In this document: positions 37,487 through 46,250 of the stretch, piece by piece
Numbering within the stretch: the first letter of the stretch is position 1
Layout of the letters: each line of letters starts with the position of its first letter
Source of the DNA: Desulfobacterales bacterium
GTDB lineage: Bacteria; Desulfobacterota; Desulfobacteria; Desulfobacterales; C00003060
Length of the DNA stretch: 54,854 nt
Direction of reading: 5' to 3'
Assembly: GCA_013375395.1 (NCBI GenBank)
Contig: JABXJW010000002.1
Coordinates: 3,733-58,586 of the forward strand
Notes under the pieces: generated by a model
Told to the model about the DNA's origin: nothing
Database searches by the model: none
Seen by the model: only the letters and a program-made list of their open reading frames with translations
Translations under genes and position numbers: made by a program

Positions 37487-38955
37487 TGAAGATTTTTATC
37501 AGCTACCCGCCCTTTCGCGATAAAGGGAGCCCCATGTGGACACAAAACAGACAATTCCAGTGGTACCACGTGGGTTCCTTCATATATCCGCTTGTATCTG
37601 CAATGGCAGCTACACTGTTGGATCGAGAAGGCTTTGAAGTAGTCTGGGATGACTGCATTGCTCAGGGCCGGAGTTTTGACGAGTTTCTCCGGAACATCTA
37701 TACCGAAAAGCCTGACATAATAGCCTTTGAAACGAAAACCCCCATTGTGAAAAGGCTGTGGGACCTTGCCAAAGACTTAAGGGCCAAGGGTGTCGAATCA
37801 AAACTGGTCCTGTTTGGAGATCATGTTACTGCCAAGCCGGAAGAGTCAATGACGGAGTCGCCTGTTGACTATATAATAACAGGCGGAAATTACGACATAT
37901 GCATGCTTGCACTTGCTAAACACCTGAGGGACGGCGACGATTTGCCGCCCGGTATCTGGTACAGAGAGAAAGATGAAGTCAAGAGCACAGGGAAGTTCAG
38001 ACTCGATTTCGACTTAAATAAACTCCCCTTCATCGACAGAAGGCTTACCAAAGCACACCTGTATGGGGAGAAATGGAAAAAGCGCCTTCCTTTCATGTAT
38101 ACCATGGTTGGCAGGGATTGTCCCTGGGCCAGGTGTACCTTCTGCTCATGGACAACCCTCTATCCTTCCTTTAGAACCAGAAGCCCTGAGAGTCTATTGG
38201 ATGAGATTGGTTGCCTGATCGATGAATTTGGGACAAAAGAGATCTTTGACGACACGGGAACATTCCCCGGAGGAAAATGGCTCAAGACTTTCTGTAAGGG
38301 AATGGTCGAAAGGGGCTACCATAGAGAGGTTCTATTTTCCTGCAACATGAGATTTGACTACATGCTAGACCCGGCAGTACCGGAACTGATGAAGAAGGCC
38401 GGCTTCAGAAAGGTGAAGGCCGGCTTGGAGTCTGCCAGTGATGAGACCCTCATCAAGATCCGAAAAGGATACAAGGTCAAAGAGATCGTGAAGGGATGTA
38501 AAAATGCCGCCAGGGCGGGAATAGACGTCCATCTCACAGTGATCGTCGGCTATCCGTGGGAAACAAAAGAGGATGCAAAAAGGACTATGGATTTGGCTAG
38601 AAAGCTCATGGCCGACGGAGATGCAGAGATGCTTCAGGCGACCATGCTTGTACCCTATCCCGGCACTCCCCTTTACCGATACGGAATGGATAAGGATCTG
38701 TTTAGATTTGATCCAACAAACTACGATCGTTTTGATATGACCGAACCGGTTTTCAAAACGCCCGATATGAGGCCCGCAGAGGTGGTTGACATGTGCCAAG
38801 GTATCTACAAGGCCTTTCTCACGCCCAGGTTTATCTTAAGACGCATTGTAAACATGCGTTCATGGGAAGATATGGACTATTTACTCAGGGGGGCAAAAGC
38901 TGTCATGGGGCATCTAAGGGATTTCGGAAGGAAAAGAAAAACAAGATGCTCTTAG
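37486..38955 (+). CDS. B12-binding-domain radical SAM protein
   Basis: The N-terminal Rossmann-like B12 domain has IIAFETKTP and LVLFGDHVT. The cluster motif is GRDCPWARCTFCSW (38119-38145). The start overlaps the previous stop (TAATG). Confidence 0.8.
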   Translation: MKIFISYPPFRDKGSPMWTQNRQFQWYHVGSFIYPLVSAMAATLLDREGFEVVWDDCIAQGRSFDEFLRNIYTEKPDIIAFETKTPIVKRLWDLAKDLRAKGVESKLVLFGDHVTAKPEESMTESPVDYIITGGNYDICMLALAKHLRDGDDLPPGIWYREKDEVKSTGKFRLDFDLNKLPFIDRRLTKAHLYGEKWKKRLPFMYTMVGRDCPWARCTFCSWTTLYPSFRTRSPESLLDEIGCLIDEFGTKEIFDDTGTFPGGKWLKTFCKGMVERGYHREVLFSCNMRFDYMLDPAVPELMKKAGFRKVKAGLESASDETLIKIRKGYKVKEIVKGCKNAARAGIDVHLTVIVGYPWETKEDAKRTMDLARKLMADGDAEMLQATMLVPYPGTPLYRYGMDKDLFRFDPTNYDRFDMTEPVFKTPDMRPAEVVDMCQGIYKAFLTPRFILRRIVNMRSWEDMDYLLRGAKAVMGHLRDFGRKRKTRCS

Positions 38956-38956
38956 G

Positions 38957-40444
38957 TTATTCCTGCATCACACCCGTCACGTCTGTCAAGTCGCGCTTAT
39001 TCTCAAAGGTGGAAAAATAGATTTTGTCTTGCAACAGTGGGTAGCTTGCACCAAAACAGCAATTGAGTATTACACGAAACGTATTTACCGGTGTTATGCT
39101 ATCATACAATAGTTCTTTGCAAGTCTCGGGCAAATAATAAGCACTCAAGATGCCCATTCTTAGTCTTTGATTATCTATGTCTCCACCCGCCAGTTCGTAA
39201 GCACCGTGATCGCCCTGAATAACTATAATTGGCTCTGTCTCACACCTGGACAGAATGCTTTCAATCACTTTTTGTGTCTCTTTGTTTGCAAAGATCAACT
39301 GACCCAAGTACAGATCCTTTTCGGAGGTTATCTGGGCGACCCTTGATTGAAACGGTGGCAAATTACCGTTCTCATCGAAAACGTACGGGTGGTGAGGGAT
39401 CATGAAGTGGGCATACACAAAGATTGGCTGCGTTCTACCCGGCACTTTTTTTAGATCATTGAACCTTTCCAGAATCTGGCCGCGTTTAAGCTTCCCCGCC
39501 AAGTAATTGTGCACCAATGGCCGAGCCAAAACAGTCATCCTCAATACGTGGAGGTAAAAATCATAGGAATTCAGTCTGATAGTACCTAAAGGCCTATTCC
39601 AAGTAGAAATATCGACAAACTCGTAGCCTATGCCTTGAAGAGTACTTTTTACACTATTGTCTACCATCCTGTCATAGTCCGATATAGAATCGTCTAACTG
39701 AAATACTCCGCTGGCCTTCTCGGATGCCTTAGGTGGAAGGTATTGCATGTTCAAAGTTGATGCCAAAGATAGACTCGTCCACGCATAGTTGCTGTGAGCC
39801 TGGTCTGCGACGTAAAAACCCTTATCACGCAGGTATGCGATGAACTCAGCATTATCAAAATTCAAATACCTCTTCAGATCCTTATTTCTGCCATATCCGT
39901 CCAGTATTATGTAGTAAATATCCGGCAGATTATCCGTCTGCAACGAATGACTGCTGTATTGATCAGGTTCGAACTTCATGTTTTTTCGATCAAACAAAGA
40001 TTTCTTGAACTGGTGACTCACGATACCGATAAGCGGGAACAGAATCAGAACAGAAGCAAAAATGTTGAAGAACCTCGTCACATTGTTGTAGTCAAGACGC
40101 GATCTCAGTGAAATGAGAAGTACCGCCAGGAAAACCAGTGTCCAGATGATAATGAAGTATCTGTGTCTGTAAAGCTTGAACCCCGCTACTTCAAACATTA
40201 TCAAAGAGCGGACTGCTGCGTAGGAAAAAAAATAGATTAGAAAACTTGATACGCAAAAAGCGGCCTTCTGTTTATCCGCACAACAAATTCTTCCTAACTG
40301 CAAGAGAAAGAAAGTTGCCAGGACGAGAACCAAACAGGGCAACAATATCACATAGAAAGATACCTGCTCAATGTTCTTGCTGTACAGATGTAGGATAGGA
40401 TAAAGCGCAAATAGGAATGGGTGGACGGTGAATACTTTTTTCAT
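38957..40444 (-). CDS. Membrane-anchored sulfatase/LTA-synthase-like alkaline-phosphatase-superfamily protein
   Basis: About 5 N-terminal TM segments, then DIYYIILDGYGRN, HFMIPHHPYVFD and IVIQGDHG. ATGA overlap with the upstream methyltransferase. Confidence 0.65.
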   Translation of the reverse strand: MKKVFTVHPFLFALYPILHLYSKNIEQVSFYVILLPCLVLVLATFFLLQLGRICCADKQKAAFCVSSFLIYFFSYAAVRSLIMFEVAGFKLYRHRYFIIIWTLVFLAVLLISLRSRLDYNNVTRFFNIFASVLILFPLIGIVSHQFKKSLFDRKNMKFEPDQYSSHSLQTDNLPDIYYIILDGYGRNKDLKRYLNFDNAEFIAYLRDKGFYVADQAHSNYAWTSLSLASTLNMQYLPPKASEKASGVFQLDDSISDYDRMVDNSVKSTLQGIGYEFVDISTWNRPLGTIRLNSYDFYLHVLRMTVLARPLVHNYLAGKLKRGQILERFNDLKKVPGRTQPIFVYAHFMIPHHPYVFDENGNLPPFQSRVAQITSEKDLYLGQLIFANKETQKVIESILSRCETEPIIVIQGDHGAYELAGGDIDNQRLRMGILSAYYLPETCKELLYDSITPVNTFRVILNCCFGASYPLLQDKIYFSTFENKRDLTDVTGVMQE

Positions 40445-41829
40445 GTTGCTTTCCGCCTTCCCATTAGGTACATGGTTCTTTGGGAATCTCTGATCTCGAC
40501 AGAATCTTCTATAGTGAAGTATTTACTGAATTCCCTCTCAAAAATGTGTTGTGTATAATCGGGGAAAACATCCTCTCTGGTTGATAGAAGTCTTTGTACT
40601 TGGGAGTCATTTTTGGGGACGAATTCGATGATAAGTGAATTGCAAATGTTATTGAAGAAGTCGGCGAGTTTACCGAGCGGCACATTGTTAGAAATTGCCA
40701 AATGATGAACTAAAGCAAGGGCAATTACAGTATCTGGGTTACCGCGTTCAAAAAGAGAGATCCTTTCCTGATTTTCCCAGCCAATACTTGGGCTTGGATT
40801 TGTTAAATCAATGTGTAAAGGAAGAATGTTCGATTCTCCCTCCCTGGTACATTCCAGATAATTTTTTTCCACAGCAGCGGGATCAATATCGAGAGAGATA
40901 GTCGGTATTGCTCTGCCACTGGCAATACGACTGAAGATCCCCACATTTGAACCCAGGTCCCAGACGCTTTCCGGGTTAATGCTGTCCAAGAATTCAGCGG
41001 CAACCTGTTTCTTGTGGTCAAACGCGTCTGAAGAATAATTGGTCTGATCGTAATAATCCCCCCACTGGGTATCTTTGGGTTGCCACGTAATTTTCCTAAT
41101 CGTAGATTCTAGACTCTCGACGAGACCAAGGAACGACAAGCGAGCCATTTTTCGGCCTCTTGTATCTACAGCTTTATCAGCGAAAAATTTTTGGCTTTTT
41201 GCATGAAGATGAATGTGAGAGAGCAAGGAGAAGCTGAAATAGGTGCGAAGCGGCAGAAGTGAACTTGCCAAATCCAAGGGAGCTCCGTCCAGGTAAACTC
41301 GAAACAATTGATTGAGCCGAACGTCCCTATAGCCGATCAATGCCAGGGGCGCAAGAAAGTGTTGACAGAATTGTCTATAAGCAATCCAAGGCTCTCCCTC
41401 ACGGTACTTTTCGAAGGACAGTGTATCGATCAATATGGGCTTACCTTTACTGAACTGAATATTGTAAGCACTACAATCTTTCAAAGACATTCCGAAGTCG
41501 AGCGATGTCTTCTGAATCTTAAGTGTAGTTAAAGCTGCATCTTTTAATTGGCTGAAACACCATTCGTATGGATACGAGATGAACGGTAACAATTCAGGCT
41601 TTATTACTTTGTACGCTTTATCGGACCTTGCATACGAGATATTCGCTTCATCATGAGGGATCAGTAATTCAGCATCCACAAGTGCTTGATAAAGCCCAGA
41701 ATTCCTAAAGTGATCATAATTATCTTTGTACGTATTGTTAACTTGACGGTAAATCGAGCCATCTCGATAAAAGAGGAAGCCGCTCGGGTCTCGAAATGAG
41801 CCCGGAATGTCTCCGGTGGTCCTTGACAC
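40441..41829 (-). CDS. SAM-dependent methyltransferase with an N-terminal domain of unknown function
   Basis: VWDLGSNVGIFSRIA (motif I) and VIALALVHHLAISNNVP. The N-terminus has FRDPSGFLFYRDGSIYRQV. Start placed at GTG 41829, 1 nt after the stop of the upstream small ORF (the track ORF extends to 41916). Confidence 0.7.
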   Translation of the reverse strand: MSRTTGDIPGSFRDPSGFLFYRDGSIYRQVNNTYKDNYDHFRNSGLYQALVDAELLIPHDEANISYARSDKAYKVIKPELLPFISYPYEWCFSQLKDAALTTLKIQKTSLDFGMSLKDCSAYNIQFSKGKPILIDTLSFEKYREGEPWIAYRQFCQHFLAPLALIGYRDVRLNQLFRVYLDGAPLDLASSLLPLRTYFSFSLLSHIHLHAKSQKFFADKAVDTRGRKMARLSFLGLVESLESTIRKITWQPKDTQWGDYYDQTNYSSDAFDHKKQVAAEFLDSINPESVWDLGSNVGIFSRIASGRAIPTISLDIDPAAVEKNYLECTREGESNILPLHIDLTNPSPSIGWENQERISLFERGNPDTVIALALVHHLAISNNVPLGKLADFFNNICNSLIIEFVPKNDSQVQRLLSTREDVFPDYTQHIFEREFSKYFTIEDSVEIRDSQRTMYLMGRRKAT

Positions 41830-41830
41830 C

Positions 41831-42064
41831 TTAATTCTTCTTCGCTGTGGAGAATAGATTTCCAAAAAAGGTCTTAATCTTTTTCCAGGACACCTTAAGT
41901 ACAAACAATCCTCCAAAAAAGGCGGCTATGACCAACTGAATGATATAGCTCCCGGTCCCCGGATCTATATAAGCGTATGTCTCGCTGGCAAAGATCAAGG
42001 CTAACAAGGCAGCCAAAACAAGCGACCTAATCAAGATTGCTGAATGCTTCATCATGGTAGACAA
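41831..42064 (-). CDS. Small secreted/membrane protein with a YIDPGTGS motif
   Basis: AAGGAGG RBS upstream. Signal peptide ...LALIFASETYA, then YIDPGTGSYIIQLVIAAFFGGLFVL (TM) and a basic tail. The start is TTG 42064 or ATG 42055. Confidence 0.55.
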   Translation of the reverse strand: MSTMMKHSAILIRSLVLAALLALIFASETYAYIDPGTGSYIIQLVIAAFFGGLFVLKVSWKKIKTFFGNLFSTAKKN

Positions 42065-42462
42065 TAACCTCCTTGTTAGTGCTTGGGATATAGACGTGTT
42101 TCACTCAAGCTGACCGCACAAGGCCAGCTTGTCAGGTCAACATATATCACATATTATGCCAGGTTTAAATACCTATGTTTTTTTGTTTATGTCCGAATAG
42201 TTAGCCGACACTTTATCACAAATCACATCGCCCATATGGGCAACTAAAGTCACATATTGAGCAGAAATTTTCCGCTTGTGAGAAAATGGGGGCTAACACG
42301 AGGCTTAGAAGAATGGATATCCCTGGCAAGGTCAGCCTGAATCAGATTTCCCCTACGCAGTAGGAACTCGGAGATCCTTTGAAGTGGAAGGGTGTTGATT
42401 CGTTTGGCAGATCATTGAGGCGGCTGTCTGTGACAGCACCAGTGCGGCCTGTACCACCTCGC

Positions 42463-42501
42463 ACAAAGAGGCAGGGTTTCAAGAGCAACCTGCCTCTTTG
42501 T
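42463..42501. terminator. Perfect 13-bp stem-loop downstream of the 42519..43091 gene
   Basis: acaaagaggcagg-N13-cctgcctctttgt, with a T-rich flank on the plus strand (tttgtttg). Confidence 0.5.
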
Positions 42502-42518
42502 TTGAGATTCAGCTACTC

Positions 42519-43091
42519 CTATTTCTTCAAGACAACGCCGGTACCGTTCAATCCGCCTAGGGACGTCTCGCACCATGTCCTAAAATATTGAGTCTGCCAG
42601 ATGAGTTCTCCCGGAGGTTTCTCCGTGGGCCCGGAGTAAATGACCTGTTTGACCTCAACAACCGGGGGTGTGGAGGGGTTAGTGTATATCCTGAAAGAAA
42701 ACTTCTCTGCGCCCGGGAATCCCCAAGGATCAGCTGTGTCCCGAGCCACGATCATACCGAGGGTAATCCAGCCATAGGCATCAGCGGGTATTATGTTATT
42801 CGGCCATATGGCCCCGCCATTGAGAAGTCCCAGCGGTGTATCGTTGACCTTATTCCCCTTTTTGTCAAAAACATCGATCAAGGCAGCCATACCTGCCGCT
42901 GGGTGGCTGTTGTTCACCACGATAAGGGTATCTGCTGACATGGTCGTTATGCCACCGGGGTCAGTAAGTTTTTCCAGATACCCGTCATATGTAATCATCC
43001 ATTTTGTGCCAGCAGGCGGCCCTGCCGGGGCTGATCCGACAAACGCCAGAACGCAAATCACCGCCAATATAAATACTAACTTCTTATGCAT
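42519..43091 (-). CDS. Secreted hypothetical protein (190 aa)
   Basis: ATG 43091 lies 5 nt after GGAGGAG. Signal peptide MHKKLVFILAVICVLAFVGSAPA. No motif recognised. Confidence 0.6.
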   Translation of the reverse strand: MHKKLVFILAVICVLAFVGSAPAGPPAGTKWMITYDGYLEKLTDPGGITTMSADTLIVVNNSHPAAGMAALIDVFDKKGNKVNDTPLGLLNGGAIWPNNIIPADAYGWITLGMIVARDTADPWGFPGAEKFSFRIYTNPSTPPVVEVKQVIYSGPTEKPPGELIWQTQYFRTWCETSLGGLNGTGVVLKK

Positions 43092-43802
43092 TTTTACTCC
43101 TCCTTTCACCGCGGACACGGCCATCCGGCACCGTGCCAAGAGGGTTCGCTTAGACCTGCATACCTCACCTCCTTTCCGTTCCAATGACTCGCCATGACCA
43201 GGTGCGACATCCAATAGGATTTCAGGATTTGTATCACTTCAGCCTTATGAAACAAATGGATTTCAGGGAGATCCAACGACCGTCTTTTCAAAGACCTAAA
43301 TTGTTACCAGGATTTCTACAAGCCACGAAAGCTAAGTTGTAAGAGAGAGGGAGTTATAGTTCAGGCTTCCAATAGAACGGAGCACGTCCTATTGGGAGCC
43401 ACGTAGGCACATTTTGAGGTTTTTCTCCATTTGAATGTGGCTAGATCAGAGGTTGGGTGACGACGCGTGCGCTGTTGGCTGTGAAGTGGCAATAATCATG
43501 CCAAATTTCGTTTCGCTTTGATCTTTATTTTTTTTTCTTCATTCTTAAGTAGTTATCTCAGCCTGTCCTGGCACGATACCGTCAGACCAGGTAAAAAAGG
43601 TTACACATTTGGCAAGGAAATACCACATCAGGGAACAAAACGTTACTCGTTGTAGAGAGAATCATGATGTGCGACATCGTATTCAGACAGCTTTTATGCA
43701 CCATTTCAGGGGAGTGAAACCGAGTACATTGCGTTCATTTTTGTTTGAAAAATGATTCTTTTGATGAAATACTATGATATAGGAGATATTAGATATTAGG
43801 CT

Positions 43803-43849
43803 GTAAAATGCACGTGATAACGCCATTGGCGAGGAACCGTGCATTTTAC
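43803..43849. promoter_or_regulatory. Perfect 12-bp stem-loop in the leader region of the 43938 gene
   Basis: gtaaaatgcacg-N23-cgtgcattttac. No U-run on either strand. Confidence 0.35.
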
Positions 43850-43937
43850 GTTGTCTGTGGACCCACATCTCGTGCTGCCTGAGAGACGTTGTGGGGCATT
43901 AACCGACATTATTATATATTATAGAAGGAGGTAATAT

Positions 43938-44315
43938 ATGAACATCAAAATGCTTTTCTTGACTCTAATTCTCATCATTTCCGTATCTTTGCTCAATATT
44001 TCCTGTGAAAACGAGCAGCCGGCACAAGAACAGGCAGTGGGAGAACAGCCGGTACAAGAGCAGCCAATGGAAAAACAACGGGTACAGGACGAGGAATGGC
44101 CGGGTAAGCCGGACAAGGATGAGAGTTGGTCGGAAGGAGATGAAAAATGGTTAGAGAAAGGCGAAGGTAGGTTAAAGGGCGAGGAAAGATGGTCTGAGAA
44201 AGGCCAAGGTTGGCCGGAGCAAGATGAGGGATGGTTAGACAAAGATGAGGGATTGCCACAGCAACAGGAAGATGAGGAATGGCTAAAGGAGAATGCGCCG
44301 AAGCGACGGCAGTAA
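43938..44315 (+). CDS. Small secreted acidic protein with periodic Trp repeats (possible lipoprotein)
   Basis: Strong AAGGAGG RBS. Signal-like MNIKMLFLTLILIISVSLLNISC. The mature part is rich in E, D, K, G and Q, with W recurring (EEW, ESW, EKW, ERW, QGW, EGW, EEW). Confidence 0.65.
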   Translation: MNIKMLFLTLILIISVSLLNISCENEQPAQEQAVGEQPVQEQPMEKQRVQDEEWPGKPDKDESWSEGDEKWLEKGEGRLKGEERWSEKGQGWPEQDEGWLDKDEGLPQQQEDEEWLKENAPKRRQ

Positions 44316-44373
44316 TCATTCTTGCCGGTCCATGTTTGAGTTCCTTGCCCGGAACACGGTATCGATGGCAGCA

Positions 44374-44402
44374 GAAGGCGGAGCCATGATGACTCCGCCT
44401 TC
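44374..44402. terminator. Perfect 10-bp hairpin between convergent genes
   Basis: gaaggcggag-N9-ctccgccttc. No U-run. Confidence 0.4.
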
Positions 44403-44480
44403 CGTCTGAGAGTTCCCGGCGGCCCAGAGGTTTCACGCGCCGATTTGTTTCAATTCAGCCACTACCTATGTCTTACTGCT

Positions 44481-46250
44481 CTATGGCGCACTCGCAATAC
44501 TGAAAGTCGAGATCTTTTTGTCCGTGCTAAGCAGGGTTCCGCCCGGCGTATCAAACATGCCAATCTGAATCAAGAGCTTGGCCGGTGAATCGGGGGTGGC
44601 CTCTCCTGGAATGGTCTTATCCCAGGTTATCTCGTAAGTACCAGAAGAAACAGTACCCTGCTTGTAGAGTTTGGTTACCCAATCGGTTCCGGGCATCGAC
44701 GAGGTGTTCCCTGCCCCGGACTTTGCCACCTTAACAAAGTATGAGCCTGGGCCGACGAGCGTAAAACGCGCATGATAACGGATATTCTCATTGGGAGCAA
44801 ATACCGTCTTTGTTACGTTACTTAGATTGCTGGTCCACACAGCGTCAAGATACACCCCAAGAGCACCTGCTGGGCTTCGATACCACTTTAGCTCTTCTGT
44901 CGGATGGCAACCAGAGCATACGTGGTTGACCGAAGCATCCGGCATCACTCCACATATAAGGCCCCCATAACGACTTTCCCCAAGGACCGCTGTCTGGGTA
45001 ACCCCATCGGCCTTGTACCAGCGGAAATCTAAGGCAGGCACTTTGTCGGTCGTGCCTGGGGTGCTGATAAGCTCCCCATGGCGGATCATCGCGCCGTTAG
45101 GCGGACCATGAACGTTGTGACAATTTATGCACGTCATGGCGGAATCCCGACAAGTGCCCGTGTTGCACCCAACACCATCAAAGTCGGAGTCCGAAGCAAA
45201 GAGGGCGGGCCACAAATTCAGGTGCATCTCATGAAACTGCATTCCTTTCCCGTCATCCCTGAAGTTGCTTGTGGAGCCGGTTATATCTGTATATACGTGG
45301 CAATTGGTACAGAGCCTGAAGGCTTCCGGATGGATCTCGCCATTGCGTGGCACAGCCATGTTTTCGCTGAGCCTATAGCCAGACCTGTAGTTGTCCGCTG
45401 CGGCCGAATAGGTTCTGGCGTCGCCATCTGTGTGCATAACCGTAAGATCGTGGCAATCCTTGCAAAGAACAGCGTGGTGTCCGTGGCCGGATACGTTGTA
45501 GCCATAGCCTACGTTATCTCCCATCACATTCGGGGCCTCCACGCCTTTCACATTGGACATCCCGCCATCATGGCACGTGGCACACCAATTCTCTTTTCCT
45601 GATTTCAAGTCGGAACCATCGGCTTCGTAGATTCCCTGCTCCCAATTGGGCTTAGCTCCGACTATTAGATCGTCCACCCCGTCAAAGGCGGACCCATCTT
45701 TGCTGTGGCAGGGATTGCAAACATCGGTGTTGGCCAGATCTTTGCCATCGGCAAACAGCGAGTAAGTGCTGGAGCTGTGACACTCCGTGCATGCAGTGAT
45801 CTCAGGGCCTTTTGGATCCGACAGATGGGTCTCGTGGGATTGAGGGCCTACATAGGTTGGGGCAAACATGGTGACCTGAAAATGCTTGTGACACTCAGTG
45901 CAATATTCGCCCGCATAATGGGAGTGGTCCCCCCCGCTGTTATTCCGATGGTAGGCGGTCTGTGTATGACAGACCTCACACGCCCCGTCGTACGTGCTGT
46001 CGCCGTCGGCCAGAGAGTTTGGGCCGGTCAAGTTCAGATATACAGGGGAAACCGAGCCGGGACCAGGAATCAGTACAATCTCTTCGGCTACCCACTTGAG
46101 GTTTGTATTGTCATCTGCAAAACGATGACAATCGAAACACCAATAGCCGTTATGTGCCCCAACTTCCTGGGCGTGAATATCAAGGATGCCTGTGAAACCC
46201 ACACCGGAAACCAGTAAAAGCGCTAAGAGCAATAGTGGACGTTTTTTCAT
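44481..46250 (-). CDS. Decahaem c-type cytochrome with a non-haem C-terminal domain, secreted
   Basis: ATG 46250 follows GGGGGGAG. Signal peptide MKKRPLLLLALLLVSGVGF. Ten CxxCH motifs are present: CFDCH, CEVCH, CTECH x2, CNPCH, CATCH, CKDCH, CTNCH, CINCH and CSGCH. The last ~120 aa have no haem motif. Confidence 0.85.
   Translation of the reverse strand: MKKRPLLLLALLLVSGVGFTGILDIHAQEVGAHNGYWCFDCHRFADDNTNLKWVAEEIVLIPGPGSVSPVYLNLTGPNSLADGDSTYDGACEVCHTQTAYHRNNSGGDHSHYAGEYCTECHKHFQVTMFAPTYVGPQSHETHLSDPKGPEITACTECHSSSTYSLFADGKDLANTDVCNPCHSKDGSAFDGVDDLIVGAKPNWEQGIYEADGSDLKSGKENWCATCHDGGMSNVKGVEAPNVMGDNVGYGYNVSGHGHHAVLCKDCHDLTVMHTDGDARTYSAAADNYRSGYRLSENMAVPRNGEIHPEAFRLCTNCHVYTDITGSTSNFRDDGKGMQFHEMHLNLWPALFASDSDFDGVGCNTGTCRDSAMTCINCHNVHGPPNGAMIRHGELISTPGTTDKVPALDFRWYKADGVTQTAVLGESRYGGLICGVMPDASVNHVCSGCHPTEELKWYRSPAGALGVYLDAVWTSNLSNVTKTVFAPNENIRYHARFTLVGPGSYFVKVAKSGAGNTSSMPGTDWVTKLYKQGTVSSGTYEITWDKTIPGEATPDSPAKLLIQIGMFDTPGGTLLSTDKKISTFSIASAP

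Noticed and set aside
43919-44436. Minus-strand ORFs 43919..44242 and 43993..44436 (Ser/Pro-rich) opposite the acidic Trp-repeat gene.
   Set aside because: The plus-strand gene has a strong AAGGAGG RBS and a signal peptide. The antisense frames are low-complexity mirrors of the GA-rich repeats.
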